DNA of 64,000 nucleotides from Stegostoma tigrinum (taxonomy: Eukaryota): positions 28,745,989 to 28,809,988 of the forward strand of contig NC_081373.1 in the NCBI RefSeq assembly GCF_030684315.1, read 5' to 3'. A model generated the notes under the pieces. That model ran no database searches. It was not told the DNA's origin and saw only the letters and a program-made list of their open reading frames with translations. Positions 39,149-52,717 of the stretch are shown piece by piece. Position 1 is the stretch's first letter, and every line of letters starts with the position of its first letter. A program made the translations under genes and the position numbers.

Positions 39149-42100
39149 GTATGCATTAATATTGTTTATGACATAATACTCATTGATTGATTGTAAATAA
39201 AGGTGCAATTGCATGTTTCTGTAAAGCTATTTTCATTATTCACAATGTTAGCTTTATCTTTTGGAGTATAGAGTAGGATTGGGTAACTATATTGTAAATC
39301 ACTATGTTGACTTGTATTCACTTGAATATAGAAGATGAAGGGGTGATGTGTTTGAGCATGGTTAAATTGATATCAGAAAGTATTCTTTCGCATAAAGGGT
39401 GGTGGAAGTCATGGAATTCTTTCCCAGAAAACTGAACTTGGATCTGTTGAAAATTTCTTAACCCAGGATTGCACATTTGTATGGCTAGGTTTAAAGTATG
39501 AGGCAAGGTGCAGCTTATAAGAAAACATATTATGTGTAACCAAATTGAATGTCCGAAAGGGCTGCCGAGGCAAAATGGCTGACTTTCTGTTTCTGCATAA
39601 GGTGATTTCGGCTAGTATCATATTCATTTTGTTTTACTTTGTTGGTAGGAGTTTAAAAATAACTGGAGTATAAAATGTGTACTCAAATATAAAAAAGAGC
39701 AGCATTTTCCAGAGGTATTTACCTAATTCTGTTTTGGAATACGAAAATCCTGTATCCCTTGCTTGAATAAATTTGTAATTGAGGGGAAAATTCTCGAATT
39801 TGAAAAGTTTTGAAAAATACTTAAATGTGTAGTCTTACCATCTTGCTTTAAGATAATGCTTTTGATGTAAGACCATTAATGAAGAATGGGGTTGTAACTA
39901 AAGCATTAAAGAAACAGGCTCCACTCCAGCGTAAAGTATAGTCATTGCCATTTTAAATAGATTATGTACTTCCTTTTGCTGATATGCAGTTACGTTATTT
40001 TCCATTTCCAGGTAGAACATTTTTAAATGTGGTTTAGTATTGTGGAAAATAAATTGACATTCTTAGTGGAATAAACAATGTTATCAATGTGGGGTTACAT
40101 TTTAATGGTTTTTGCTTTTGACCAAGTAATTCTAGCTAAGGCTTGAATCTAGTACTTTATAATGCATGCATAGTAATATAGGTAAATTTTGTGTAATCAG
40201 CTGCTCACCTTAAGCACCCTATTCTTACTGTATTATCTACTAAGTGACCATGAAGTCACTCCATTACTCTTAGTGTAATTTTTAGTAAGATCTTAGTTTA
40301 AAGAAAATAGCCTGTGGTGAATGAGAGTATGATTTATTGCATGTTAGCTTCCAAGAGCTAGTGATGAATCTGTGACAGAATGGAGTGGAACAGACAGGCA
40401 TTGTCAATGGAGCTGTTTATTGGTTCATAGGGGCTCATTATGGCATCAGGTTTTTTATCTTGAGTGAGTAATACTTCTCCTGATGAATGTGTGCACAGAG
40501 TAGACTGGCAGAATCTGCATGACCCATCAGTTCTGCAGTTTGATTTATGAGTGCTTAGGAGTTCGGAAGATCACATTTGCAGTGTGGAAAGTACTTGACA
40601 AGCAGTATTTCTAAAGAGGCACATGTATTATCTGTTAGTCCAAATTACAAGCTTGAATTCAGTGAAAAAATTTTAAAACAACATATATGAATAAATAAAA
40701 GATTGCTAATTATGGGTGTTTCCTTTTGGGAATATAAGTATGAGAAATAGCTGGTCTGCTCTAACTGCAATCAAACATTCCAAATAGTGTGCATATGTGA
40801 TTTAAAAGGTGCATGCATTACTGAAAACAACTGATTTAGTTCATGAAACTGCCCTGTGCCTGTTTTATAATTGACATTTTAATTATCATAAATATTCTAA
40901 GCAAATTGTGGTTTGGAGTTGTGGTGATGCGAATAAAGATGACATTTTAAAAATTATGGCCAAAGGGTAGGTCTCAATTTAAATGTGTTTAGGATCATGG
41001 AAAGGAGAATCTGAAATGTAGCTTAAGGTAAAGGGAGATGGCCAATTGTCAGATATTTATGAAGTTATTAATTCTGCACTTGGAATGAGAAAGCTGAGAT
41101 TGCTATCTTGAGAGAATCCCTGCAGAATTTCAGAACAAAATTTGTGATTAAATTTGTTGTCATACATCCACTAGTCTTAATGACTGTACAGATCTGTCAG
41201 TGCTGGTTTCAGTTTCTGTCACTTGACAATGTGCATTGTACTAAAGGCTAACGCTTCTTGCATTCCTTTACATTCTCCACTTTTTCCAATCAGGCCAGAA
41301 GAGCGCATCCCTAACATAAAAGCCCTGCTGGCAGTATTCACTTGACAAATGGGTGGTCACACCCACTAGGTCCAGAACAACCGAGTAAGATTGATCAGAA
41401 ATTGAGATAAATGACATTGTCATTTAGTATTTTCTGCAGAAACTCAGTTGCACTCTGGGCCTAATGCTCAGTTGGATGAATTCTTTAATCTGTTCAGCAT
41501 CCTCCATTTACTTGCTTTTAGGCAGATTCAAAGCAATGATAAATGCTCTGAATTTGCAGGGTTTTTGATGGTGGACTGTGATCCCAGTTTCAAGATCTAC
41601 TGCAGATTAATGTGTCCTGAACTTGCAGTCTGTCGTTCATTGCTTTGCTGCAGGCAGCACTGTGATCCTACTGTCCCATCAGAGCTAGCAATATGGCAAA
41701 ACCCTCCTCTGTTTAATGAAGTAATTGGATTTTTGTTGGTAATAACTGCTGCTGAACAGCCAATTTGATCACCAGAAATAATCTTGCATTTGTAGAATGA
41801 TAAATGTTTCCAGATCTAGATTTTAAATAATTGAAATTAAAGTTTGTTCATGGTCTTTCAGCTTCCAAATTTATGCCCCTGTTTTTGTCTCAATCTTTGT
41901 GTGTTCTAATCAATGTAAAAAACAAGTGCTTTTGATATCCTAGTTGGCTTTTTGAGCATTCCTCAATGTGAATTGCTGCTTGCATAGCTGAAGACGTCAC
42001 TTGAACTTGACTCTGTATTCCTATTAAACAATACTGCAACTAATCAAGCCGTGAGAAAGTTCTTGACGCAGAATTTAAGGTGTTTCACCAAACTTTCTTT

Positions 42101-45100
42101 TGCAGTAAGTTCAGAGCATCTTTGTTTTGATAACAAAATCTCTAGGCCACTGTCTTTGGGTGAGGTTTTTATAAAACGTCTGATTGAGGTGATTAGTATA
42201 TTATGTGTAGTCTTAACATTCACTTTTTTTTTCACTCTTTGGGATATGCTCACCTACTCTTTAAAGCTTGAACCTTTTGCTCCTGTTAACATGTTGCTTC
42301 ATTTGCTAGTCTGCCCAGGTTTTGTGGATGTTTGGAAAGGGCTGTCTGTAATGTTTTTCTCTCATACTTGACACATGTTTAAATCTGACCAAATCATGTT
42401 ATATTGGTCTCAGCTACTTAAGATTCTTGTCTGCTGCCAAAGATGAAAAGCTATCTTATTGGTGTTAAATTTGTTTCAATCATAGATTGAGCATTAAGCA
42501 ATTTGGAATTCGTACTTCAGTAAGGTATCACGTGCTGCCCTTTTCCAAATTTCAGGCTGCACAATTCAAACAGAAGCAAGCGATGAATGAGGATTAAGTG
42601 CAAATTGAAAGCAATTGATTGGGTTTTGAGATCACACTGCCAAGGCTGAGTGACTACAATTTTTATATCATGATCTTGATAATTTATGGGGTTCGATATG
42701 GTCATGCTACTTGAGATTAAATATTTGGAGAAGAAGAACTGAAGATAGATAAAAGGGATGATGTACTCCAGTTTTTTTACTTGGTTAAATGCTCAGTCAG
42801 TTCTTTCAGAGTAATTCTTAGATGGCAAGTGTGACTAAGCTTAGCTGAAAGCCAACTCAGAACAGACCCTCCACCACAAATGATCGCAATAAGTCCTCTT
42901 AGGTCCATTTGAGGATGAAAACTATCAGCCCTTTGGTAAAATCAATTCTGAGAGTCTCGTGACTGAAACAAAGATGAGCTATTTATTTCTGGCAGAGAAG
43001 AAAGGAACTCAGTCTATCAAGTTCATTGTGTATGGCACTTTCTAAACCTCTGCTGATGCATTTCTGTGAATCTTTACTTTCATTCTCTCCTTGTCGCAAT
43101 GTAATTTGTGCAATTCCTGCCATGATTTTTCTGCCAGTGGCCTCAAGGGGTACATCCCAAGAGTTTAATAATTGTTTGACTCCCGCTTCTAGTTGCCTAC
43201 TGCCTTCTTGATTTCTGCAAGTAAGATGTTCAGTTTCCCTTAATCTTGCATTCTACTGCTGTGTTCTGTTGCCTGATTATTCAATGTGTTTAAATTTGAA
43301 TACTGTTCCTGCCTCAAAGCTTGTTTTCAGGTGTGATCTTAAACTAGGGCTCTGTCTGTTGGGTGGATTTGAAATATGTCACAACTTGCATCACCAAGGA
43401 GTTATTGCTTGTGTGCTACTGTTATTTGTCCAACAAGCAACATCACAAAAAAAACACTATCTGGCAGTTACCACTAACATCTGTAGAAGTTGCCGAAACA
43501 CACATTAGCTATTGTGGTTTTTGCATGCAGCACTGCTTCTGCTTCAGAAGTACTTGGCTTTAAAATACTTTTGGGGAGTTAAGAAATCATGATAGTCCAA
43601 ATGACTGCTTCAATCGCTACCATTATGTCATTGCTAATGAAATAGTCAGTTATATCTATCAGTTCCAAGATAAACTTCTTTTGTGGGTTCCTTGTCCAAC
43701 TTTTATGAAGACTATGTTTTTGATTGTGGGCTGAAAAAGGGAAGGGACTGTTTTTAAAATTTAAGGATTGTGGAAGGGACTGATGTACTTAAAAGCACTT
43801 ATTTATACTGTTGTTTTGTTTAAGCAGTCTGGGAGTTGTTTTAGTTGCAGACAAACTGGTACTGGTTTGTGTACAAAAGCAAATTTGACAGGCAACAAGC
43901 AGCTGATTTGGTTTGTGGAGTGGTGATCAGATGGTGATGACACTTGGCCTTGTGCCTGGCAGCAGTAGTTGGCTCTCAAGTTGCTATACAGCTTGTGGAC
44001 GTGAATGAGATAGGCAGAAATCCTTCAACCTCCAGAAAGCGAAGTGCTGTCTTTTTCTCTCCAATGAAAGATGCCTGAAGAAAACCAAATTAATTTCCTT
44101 GCCAATTGCTGTAAGCTGTGGTTTTTTAACCCATAGTTTAGAGATGTTATAATTTGCAATTGAAAGTCACTCTGCCTCCTGAAAGCAAGTGAAAGTACTT
44201 GGAGATCACTGATTTGAGAAGCAGCAGGTCCTTGCATCCCAAAAGGATCATCTCCATGAACCCTGTAGAGACGAACCAATTGAACTGCCTTCCAGTTTTT
44301 CTCTCCCACCAGTATTTGTCTCTGTATCTGCATGTGTTTGTAGGTGGTTAAAATACACCACCTAGTTACTTAAAATCTATTTGACATAGTAACTATTGAG
44401 CAGCGAAACGCGGCCCAGCTTTCTGTGAACCTGGGCCTAAAAAGACAAATAAATCTAAGAAATTTTGCCAACCTTTTAATTACATTGACTTTTGTGGTGA
44501 TTCCGGGAATAGCAGACCCTGATTTTAAAGTGCTGTACCTCAGTGAGGTGTAACACCTGTAGCAGAGCTACATCCCGTACCAACTTCCGTTGTCTCCTTG
44601 CCATACAATAATCTTGTTAATATTCATATGCTTACTGATGGATATATGAACATGCAAACTTAATAAGCCCTCCATGCCTTCTGCTGATTTTTGTCACACT
44701 GGGTCTATGGCAAATGGAGAAGGAACCAATGTGAGAGATATCTACTTGACCATGTCCTCGCCTGCCACAGATGTTTTAGGAGTATTGACAACCACGCTAT
44801 TGCTGTGCTGACTGGAATAGATTCCAAACAGATTCTTGCAACTCATGTCTGGAGCATTTCGTTAGGTGCTGTGGGCTATCAGCACAATATGTAATCTAAT
44901 GATCTGGCCTATCTCCCAATATACCACTACCATTAGACCAGGAGTACTGGTTTAATGGGAAGAGCAGGATGGCGTACCAGGAGCAGCATCAACTATAACT
45001 GAAATTTGAAGCATCAACTTGGGAAAGCTATGGTTCAGGATCACTTGTATACCAAGTTGTAAGCAGCATGGAGTAGACAGGGCTAAGTGTCCCCAAACCA

Positions 45101-46512
45101 GCAGAACAGGTCTAAGCTCTGCGGTTCTGCCATGTGTAGTCATGATTGGAATTAAATAACTAATGAGGTGGGACCTCCACAAACATCCCCATCCTCAATA
45201 ATTGGGAACCCCAAAACATTAGTTCAGAAGGTAACACTGAAGCATTTCAGATGTAAGTGCCAAATGGCTGATCCTTCTTGCTCCCCTCCTCAAATTCCCA
45301 GCAAAATAACTACAGATGCGTGCCCATAATTTGCTATGCTCCTGAATTACCCATGCCCTGATTCAAATTTTCAGTATAGTTTATCTCATTGGTATCTATC
45401 TGGCAGTGACAGATTTATCTTGGTATGTCCATATACAAAAGGCAGGATAAATTCTGTGAGATAACTACTATCCCACCACTCTAATCTTGATCATGGACCC
45501 TGAATGTGTTGTCTTGTGCCACAATGGCAATTGCTTGACATTAACCTGCTAAATTTGGGTTCTTTCAGGCCCACTCTGCTCCTAACCTCATTCATGCTTG
45601 ACCCAAACACGAACAAAAGAACTAAACCCGAGGGAAGGGAAGATGGCTACATTTACCAAAGTCTGTTATCAAGGAACTCTAGCTAAACTGGAGTCAATGG
45701 CATTCTGCTGGTTTGAGTTACTCAGTATCAAGGAAAGTGATTGTGGCTGTCAGGAGTTAGTCATCTTAGGCAACGGACATTATGACAGAAGTTCATCAAG
45801 GAGCAGTGTAAGCAGCATAGCAAGGACAGGAACTAGTGTTCTAGTTCCATCAATCAGTTTCTCTTATATAGGATGTGAGCATTGCTACCAAGGCCAGCAT
45901 TTTTTTGCTCATCCCTAGTTGCAGTTGAACTGAGTGGCTCACTAGGCCATTTTGAGACAATAAGTCATAGAATCATTGAATCAACAATGTTGGTGTGTGC
46001 CTGGAATTGCATGTAGGCCAGAACAGACACAATGACAGATTTATTCCCTAAAATGACATCAGTGAAAGGTTGCCATTAGATTTAGATCTTAGATTTTATT
46101 GAATTCAAATTTAACCATCTGCTGTAATGGGTATAAAATCCTTCTGCCTAGAATATTACCCTTAGGCTCTGGATGAAGTCAGTGACCTTCCCTTTTTAAT
46201 ATGGTTAACACATAAGCATGTTTCTGAATGATGGTGTAGTGTTTGGTATCATTTATTACTACTCAAATACCGAAACAGCCTGTTCAATTACAACAAGACC
46301 TGAACAACATCCCAGGGCTTGGCTTTGTTAGGTGGCAAGTAGCATTCATGCCATACAAATTCTAGGCCATGGTTATCTCAAACAAAAGGGAGCCCAACAT
46401 TGTCCCTTGATATTCAATGACTTTACTGTTGCTGAATTGCTGTCAACATACTAGAGTTTACGATTGACCAGAAACTGAACTGGATTAGACATATAAACAC
46501 TGGCCACAAGAC

Positions 46513-47688
46513 TGACCTGTGTTGTGCCATAAGGATTGGTGTTGAATCCCTTGTTTTTCATCATTTTATATAAATGATTTGAATGTGAATGTAGGGTATC
46601 TTGTTAGTAGCTTTGCAGGTGACACCAAAACTGGTGGTGTAGTGGACAGTGAAGAAGACTATCGCAGAGTATGATGGACCTTGATCAGATGGGCTGATGA
46701 GCAGAGGAGTGGCAAACAAAGTTTAATTTGGATAAATGAGGTGTTTGCATTTTGGTAAGGCAAATCAGGGCAGGACTTATAAACTTAATGGTAGTGCCCT
46801 GGGGAGTGTTGCTGAAAAAAGGGACCTAGCGATGCCAGTAGACAGGGTGGTGAAGAAGACATTTAGTAGCAGAGATAGTAGGAACTGCAGGTGCTGGTGA
46901 ATCTGAGATAACAAGGTGTGGAGCTGGATGAACACTGCAGGCCAAGCAGCATCAGAGGAGCAGGAAGGCTGATGTTTTGGGCCTGAAGGGTCTAGGCCCG
47001 AAATGTCAGCCTTCCTGCACCGCTGCTGCTTGGCCTGCTGTGTTCATCCAGCTCTACACCTAAGACTTTCAGTATGCTTGCCTTCATTGGTCAGTGCGTT
47101 GAGTTTGGGAGTTGGGATGTCAAGTTGCACCTGTACAGGACATTGGTTAGATTACTTTTAGAATACTGCTTTCAGCTCTGGTCTCCCTGCTAGAAGAAAG
47201 ATGTTGTGAAACATGAAAGGGTTCAGAAAAGATCTACAATGATGTTGGGGGTAGGAAGGCTTGAGCTATAGGGAGAGTTTGAATAGGCAGGGTTTCCCCC
47301 CCCACTGGAGTGTTAGATGTTGAGGGGTGACCTTAGAAGTTCATAAAATTATGAGGAGCATGGATAGCGTGAATCGTCAAGGCCTTTTCCCAAAGTAGGG
47401 GAGTCCAAAACTAGAGGGCATAGTTTTGAGGTGAGAAGGGAAAGCTTTAAAAGGAACCTGAGGGGCAACTTTTTCATAGAAGGCGGTGCATGTGTGGGAT
47501 GAACTGCCAGAGGAAGTGGTAGAAATGAATACAATTACAACATTTAATTGGCACTGAGATGGTATATGAATTGGAAGGCTTTAGAGGGATAGAGGCAAAA
47601 TGCTAGTAAATAGAACTAATCAGTTTAGAGTATCTGGTTGGCGTGGTCAGATTGGACCAAAGGGCCCATTTCCATGATGTAAAATTTA
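46513..47688 (+). mobile_element. CR1-type LINE 3' portion (same family as 36300-37403)
   Basis: VP*GLVLNP (VPQGSVLGP) at about 46524 and FAGDTK at about 46612. It is collinear with the 36.3-37.4 kb copy and interrupted at 46869-47061. Confidence 0.85.
46869..47061. mobile_element. Palindromic PLE-tail mini-element nested in CR1
   Basis: Arms at about 46915-46984 and 46994-47060 are reverse complements. The centre is GAAGGGTCTAGGCCCGAAATGTC (hammerhead remnant). Flanks are AAGACATTTAGTA (46856) and AAGACTTTCAGTA (47062). Confidence 0.85.
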
Positions 47689-48959
47689 AAGACAGATCAG
47701 AGGCTGGTAATTTGGAGAGTATTTCTCATCCTGTCTCCCCAATGCCAGTCCATTGTCTACAAGGCACGTATCTGCTGACTGATGGAGTGCTGTTCAGTTG
47801 TTCAGATCAGTGCAGCTCCAATACACTTATGTTTTACTCTTGATTCTATAAAGCTTCTCACTTGACTAGCATTCCTTCAGCCCCTATAACATTTGTTGCC
47901 TCTATTACTGACTGCAGCAACCCACCCAGATCCTTTGGTACTTTACATATCCGTACCCTTGACTGTCTAAAAAGATCAGGACAGCAGATGCATGGGACCA
48001 CCATCACTTGCAAGTTCCACATGAAGCCGTACGCCATCCTGACTTGGAACCCTGTTGCTGGTTAAAATCTTGGATTCGCATCTGAATAGCAGTGAATGTT
48101 CCTTCACCCCAAGAACTGCTGTAGTTCAAGATGGTAGCTCACGCCCACCTTCTCCACGATAATTAAAGCTATAAATGCTGGTGTAGCCGCTGATGTCCAC
48201 TTTCCCTTTAACAAATAACAACATGATTGTCTTTGGGAATTTGGATTTTTAAAATGGAAACAGATATATTTTGGTTTTAATTTTTGTGAATGTAACTTTT
48301 TTGAGAGTAGAAAGTTGTTTGGAATGGTGACCTAAATACGTCATGAATAAGAAAGCATGTTTCACTTAAGTGTCTAACAGGATACTTGTGTGTTATAGAT
48401 GAATTCTTTATACTGCTGAGCTTAGGACAGAGAGATAATAGACTGGGGTCACTAGTTTAGTTTGACTTCAGTTCAGAGAATTGGGAGTTTAATTCCGGAG
48501 AACAATTTCCGCTGAGCAAAAGAATCCAGATTTTAGTTCAGAAGAAACTTCTTATCTTCGAATTTTAGTTTGTGAAGTCTAAACTATATTTGTATAGAAA
48601 TTTTCAACTTGGTGGAACTAAAGGCCAACTGAACTGGAAAGCTTTTGTAAACTGCAATTTAAGAACAACTAGGGAACAAAAATAAATTAGTAAAGTTAAG
48701 TGTTGAGTGATAGTTCTCTTGGACTTAATATCTGTGGAGATGTTGAAGAGAAAGTGGTTGAAACTTTATTTACTGTTTGTTTAAAATCTTTCAAAGTTGT
48801 CTTTTTTTTCTTTTGCGCTGTGAACTTTTATGTTCTTGTATTACAAAACTTAAGCAGCTTCATGTGAACATGTTCTGTGACTGACCATCTGAAAAAATAA
48901 AACTTATCTATCAGACTGCTTTCCAATCTGGAACTTGGCTCGTCCAGTCTTGCCATTAG

Positions 48960-49165
48960 AGGTAGACAGCCGGGAGGCTGGAAGAACACAGCAAGCCAGG
49001 CAGCATCTGGAGGAAAGGAGTAGTCAATGTTTTTGGATTGGAAGAAGGGATAATACCCAAAACATTGACTTCTTTCCTCCAGATACTGCCTGGCTTGCTG
49101 CGTTCTTCCAGCCTCCTGTTTGTCTACCTTGGATTCCAGCATCTGCAGTTTATTTTGTCTCTAAG
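48960..49165. mobile_element. Palindromic PLE-tail mini-element
   Basis: Arms 48960-49035 and 49058-49129 are reverse complementary. The centre is GAAGA-A-GGG(ATAATA)CCC-AAAA-CATT-GACT. TSD CAGTCTTGCCATTAG (48945) / CAGTTTTGCCATTAG (49166). Confidence 0.88.
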
Positions 49166-49525
49166 CAGTTTTGCCATTAGCCTGAATCATAATGATTGGA
49201 ATGCAAGTGTATTTGACGCTATATAATTTTCAAAACCAATCCAAAAGATTCTTGGAAAATGCACCAACTGTGTAGAGCTAGTACTGTCACTTCAGATTTT
49301 AATGAGGTGTGAAATGTTTAGTTATATACTGGATGTTTATAACATGACATGCTAAATGCAGATTGCCTTAAGATGTCTGCTGCCATTATCAAATAAAGAG
49401 TGGGCTGTCCACTTAATTGCTATTTTCATTCCTAGATAAATTAGGATTGTGTTGCGTCGGTATTTTCTTATTTCTCTTTAATATGAGCAAGTATAATATA
49501 AAGCGTTACTTGTTTTTCGCTTTAG

Positions 49526-49684
49526 GTGTACACTCTTTCTGTTTCTGGAGATCGCCTAATTGTGGGTACTGCTAGTCGCCGTGTACTGGTGTGGGACCTG
49601 AGGAATATGGGATACGTACAGCAAAGGAGAGAGTCCAGCCTGAAGTATCAGACACGCTGCATTAGAGCATTTCCAAATAAACAG
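49526..49684 (+). CDS. BUB3: BUB3 coding exon 4
   Basis: tttag|[53 protein letters not shown]|GTATT; 159 nt. Confidence 0.97.
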
Positions 49685-49789
49685 GTATTTAATGTATTGT
49701 CCATGTTTAACAATAGTCATATGACTTATGCATCTGACTTTATAATTGGCTCAATTGTGTTTTAATTAATTTGTAAAGTTAGTTACTAT

Positions 49790-49982
49790 AGCCCTCTGAG
49801 ACCATAGGGTAGGCCTCTGCTTCAAGAGACAACTGGTGATGGTTTAACCTGAGAGTCACCACACGTCAGGTCAGGGAAGAAATTGTGAAGGCTTTCATAG
49901 CCTCAGCCAGCTCAGGAACTGTACCCATGCTGCTGGCATCACTCTGCATCACAAACCAGTGGTCCAGTGAAGTGAGCTATTG
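49790..49982 (-). mobile_element. Degenerate tRNA-derived SINE
   Basis: The minus strand starts TAGCTCAC..CTGG (A-box-like) and contains GGGTACAGTTCC (B-box-like) at tRNA-like spacing, followed by a non-tRNA body. Confidence 0.45.
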
Positions 49983-51437
49983 ACCTTTGCACTCTATATC
50001 AAAGTATAGAAAGCAGGATCTCCTAAAGTCTTTGAGAAGGGGTTAGAAAGGATGATTTGATGCATTTAGGATTATTACACCTGATAGAATGGCATGTCTT
50101 TATACAATTTTTAACTTCCATATAAGGCTGTATCTAGGGGTGTGTAAAACCTAGGCTGAAGGAAATCATGCAAGCTCCAAGAGACTTATCCATTGTACAT
50201 TGCAATGTGAATGAACTAATTCCTTATCTTCTAACTGGCAATGTTCTCTTCTCTCTGAAACTTGTCAAATTCGTGTGATTGTGGGAAACTCTGTTTTCTC
50301 GAAATATGGAAGTTGGTTGCAGATGGCTGATTCTGAAGTAAATCCTGTAAATGCATCTTGGTAGCTACCTATTTTGCACACTTGCCCCTGACTTCCTGTC
50401 ACTGAAATGTGTTTGAATACTATCTAAAGAAATTGTATCTGGAACCTTTCTGGAAAAAAAAATTACCGCTTAAAAATACATTCCTCCAAAATAATAGCCT
50501 CGGTATTTTGAAATTTTATTCTTTGAAAACTCTGGTCTCCATCTGGTAATTGTCTTCTGCAACTTTTCCACAGCTTCCCTATTTTACAGCTATGGGCTCC
50601 AGAACAGATCAGTGATTTCAATTGCAAATATATAAAAATCCTTTGTTCTATAGATGTTGCCTGACCTGTTAAGTATTTCCAGCATATTTTAACTTTATCT
50701 CAAGTTTTCAGAATCTCCATTACTTCGTTTTTTTACAATAACCCTGTATGGTCTAGGTTTTATATTCAGCAGTCCTAATAATTTAACCTTGAGTTCTGGA
50801 TTTCGTGGCCATTGTAGAAGCATTAGTGTCTGTTGACTTCACAGAGATGTGACCTTAACCTGCTTTTTTGGCTGCAGTTAGAACTTTCTCTTGCTGCAGC
50901 AGGGCATAGCACCGGGAGAATCTGCAAGCTGTTAACATTATACTGATAAAACCTTGATGCTGAGGAGTTAGAGACCAACCCTTGAGGCCTATTTTCAGCT
51001 CATTGGCAGAAGAGTTATTTTAAACCAGTTATGACATTTTTTTAAATTTAAAAAAAAGTTTGACTTTTAAATATCGCTAATATATCAAGTTTATAAATGT
51101 CAGAATACTGAGCCAGTGATGAGAATGGGACAGACACCAGCATCTGAAAGTTCTGTGACAGTTATCAGTCCTTGTATTAAAATACTGGACAAGTTATCTG
51201 TGATTGGCCCAAATTGTTGCACTCCAGATGTCTGAGTTTCTTACTGTTAAACGGTCTGGGACGCACTACACTTTTTCTTGGTGCACCTTGTGAGCTATAA
51301 GCTCTTAACTTTTTCTCATGTTTCTTGAGTAAGCTCCTTCTTTAAGTTACCATTTCCACCTTGAGGTACCGCAATTGTTGCACTTTACCCAACTTATTAT
51401 ACTTCTAATTTTTTTCAGCTAGTAAAACAATAATGCA

Positions 51438-51570
51438 AGTTCTGAGGAACGGTCACGAGGTCTGAAACATTAACTGTTTTTTTCTTCACAGATGCTGCCA
51501 GACCTGCTGAGTCTTCCCAGCAACTTTGTTTTTGTTCCTGATTTACAGCATCCGTAATTCTTTCAGTTTT
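51438..51570 (+). mobile_element. Short PLE-derived repeat with hammerhead motif
   Basis: AGTT-CTGAGGA-A-(CGGTCACGAGGTCT)-GAAA-CATT-AACT plus the CACAGATGCTGCCAGACCTGCTGAG tail. TAATGC occurs on both sides (51431 / 51571). Confidence 0.75.
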
Positions 51571-52539
51571 TAATGCCTTATTAAAGGCTTGGTCAAAGGC
51601 AGGCAGCAGTGCTTACTAGAGTATTCATGAAGTATCCATCAGCTTCTCTCTTTACCAATACAAAGTACAAGTGCTTTGACTTTTCTTAAAATAAATAATT
51701 GATGTGGTCCTTGGATATGTAATGTAGGGTGTGAAGGTTTATGGATTTCCTCATGCTCTAATAGGATGCATGAGGTAGAAGGCTCAGTTGCACATATGGC
51801 AGCCAGCCTGATGGCAACAATTTTTCATGTTGACTTTTTCTCTGCAGCTACTTCTACAATTCATTCTGTAAAAACTGAATTATTTTCTGATTATGGTGAT
51901 ACAAAAGATGGACTTGTAATTAAACAGCTTTGTTAAACTACTTGCAAATTGCTACAAGGTAGCTATAGGTGCCCACTGCGATATGGTTAAATACCTGAAA
52001 GCACTGACGAGTGTTAATATCTACTAGATATTGAATGATGATTTTGACTTGACATCATGATGAGTTCCTGCTCAGTGAAAACCAATGTTTGAGTAGTATC
52101 CAGAAGATTCATTCTACTTGTGTCTTTTGTGACATTAAAATATCTCCAGTAATGTTGAAAGGGAAGCAGACTATAACAGGATATGAAGGTCACTGGGTTC
52201 AAGCAAAAATGCATGTGGAAAGGTATTATTGACGAGCAAGACGTAGATGGTGATTCTATTTAGCCTATTAATTAAGTACTTTGTGTGTTCATGTCAATTC
52301 TACCTGCTCTCATTTAGCTGATACCAGTAATTTCTAATATTAGTGTATTCGCAATATGTTTTGAGCAGTGTTAAATGAGAGCTAAATTATGTATTGATTT
52401 CTCCTGTCTTGTATCTAATGAAGAAGTATTAGAATATTGTGAGGATCGACAGCTGTTGATTTATGCGGAAAGGTTTTCATTTAACTAGTTTTGGTAACTT
52501 CTGGAGTTTTCATGGGATCAAATCTTTTATGCTTTTTAG

Positions 52540-52717
52540 GGTTATGTTCTGAGTTCAATTGAAGGACGTGTTGCAGTGGAGTACCTTGATCCAAACCCAG
52601 AAGTGCAAAAGAAAAAATATGCTTTTAAATGTCACCGACTAAAAGAAAACAACCTTGAACAAATTTATCCTGTCAATGCCATTTCCTTTCACAGCGTTCA
52701 TAACACGTTTGCTACAG
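52540..52717 (+). CDS. BUB3: BUB3 coding exon 5
   Basis: tttag|GYVLSSIEGRVAVEYLDPNPEVQKKKYAFKCHRLKENNLEQIYPVNAISFHSVHNTFAT+G|GTACG; 178 nt, absent from the ORF track. Confidence 0.96.

Larger units (their letters stand above)
45170..48200 (+). mobile_element. Old, heavily decayed non-LTR (CR1/L2-clade) RT element, interrupted by younger insertions
   Basis: TKVCYQGTLAKLESM (RT motif D.VWH.GL..KL) at about 45655. The sequence breaks at ...GGCCACAAGAC (46512) and resumes GACAGATCAGAGGCTGG (47691). Homologous pieces lie at about 53520-53960 (+) and 57890-58700 (-). Confidence 0.55.

Noticed and set aside
40355-40490. Possible C/D-box snoRNA (GTGATGA ... CTGA) in a BUB3 intron
   Set aside because: No terminal stem or recognisable rRNA guide was seen, and these boxes occur often by chance.
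43702-44555. Possible solo LTR ending TGTAACA (similar LTR-like texture at about 48290-48945)
   Set aside because: There is no clean TG start, no TSD and no second copy in the window, so it cannot be supported without a repeat library.
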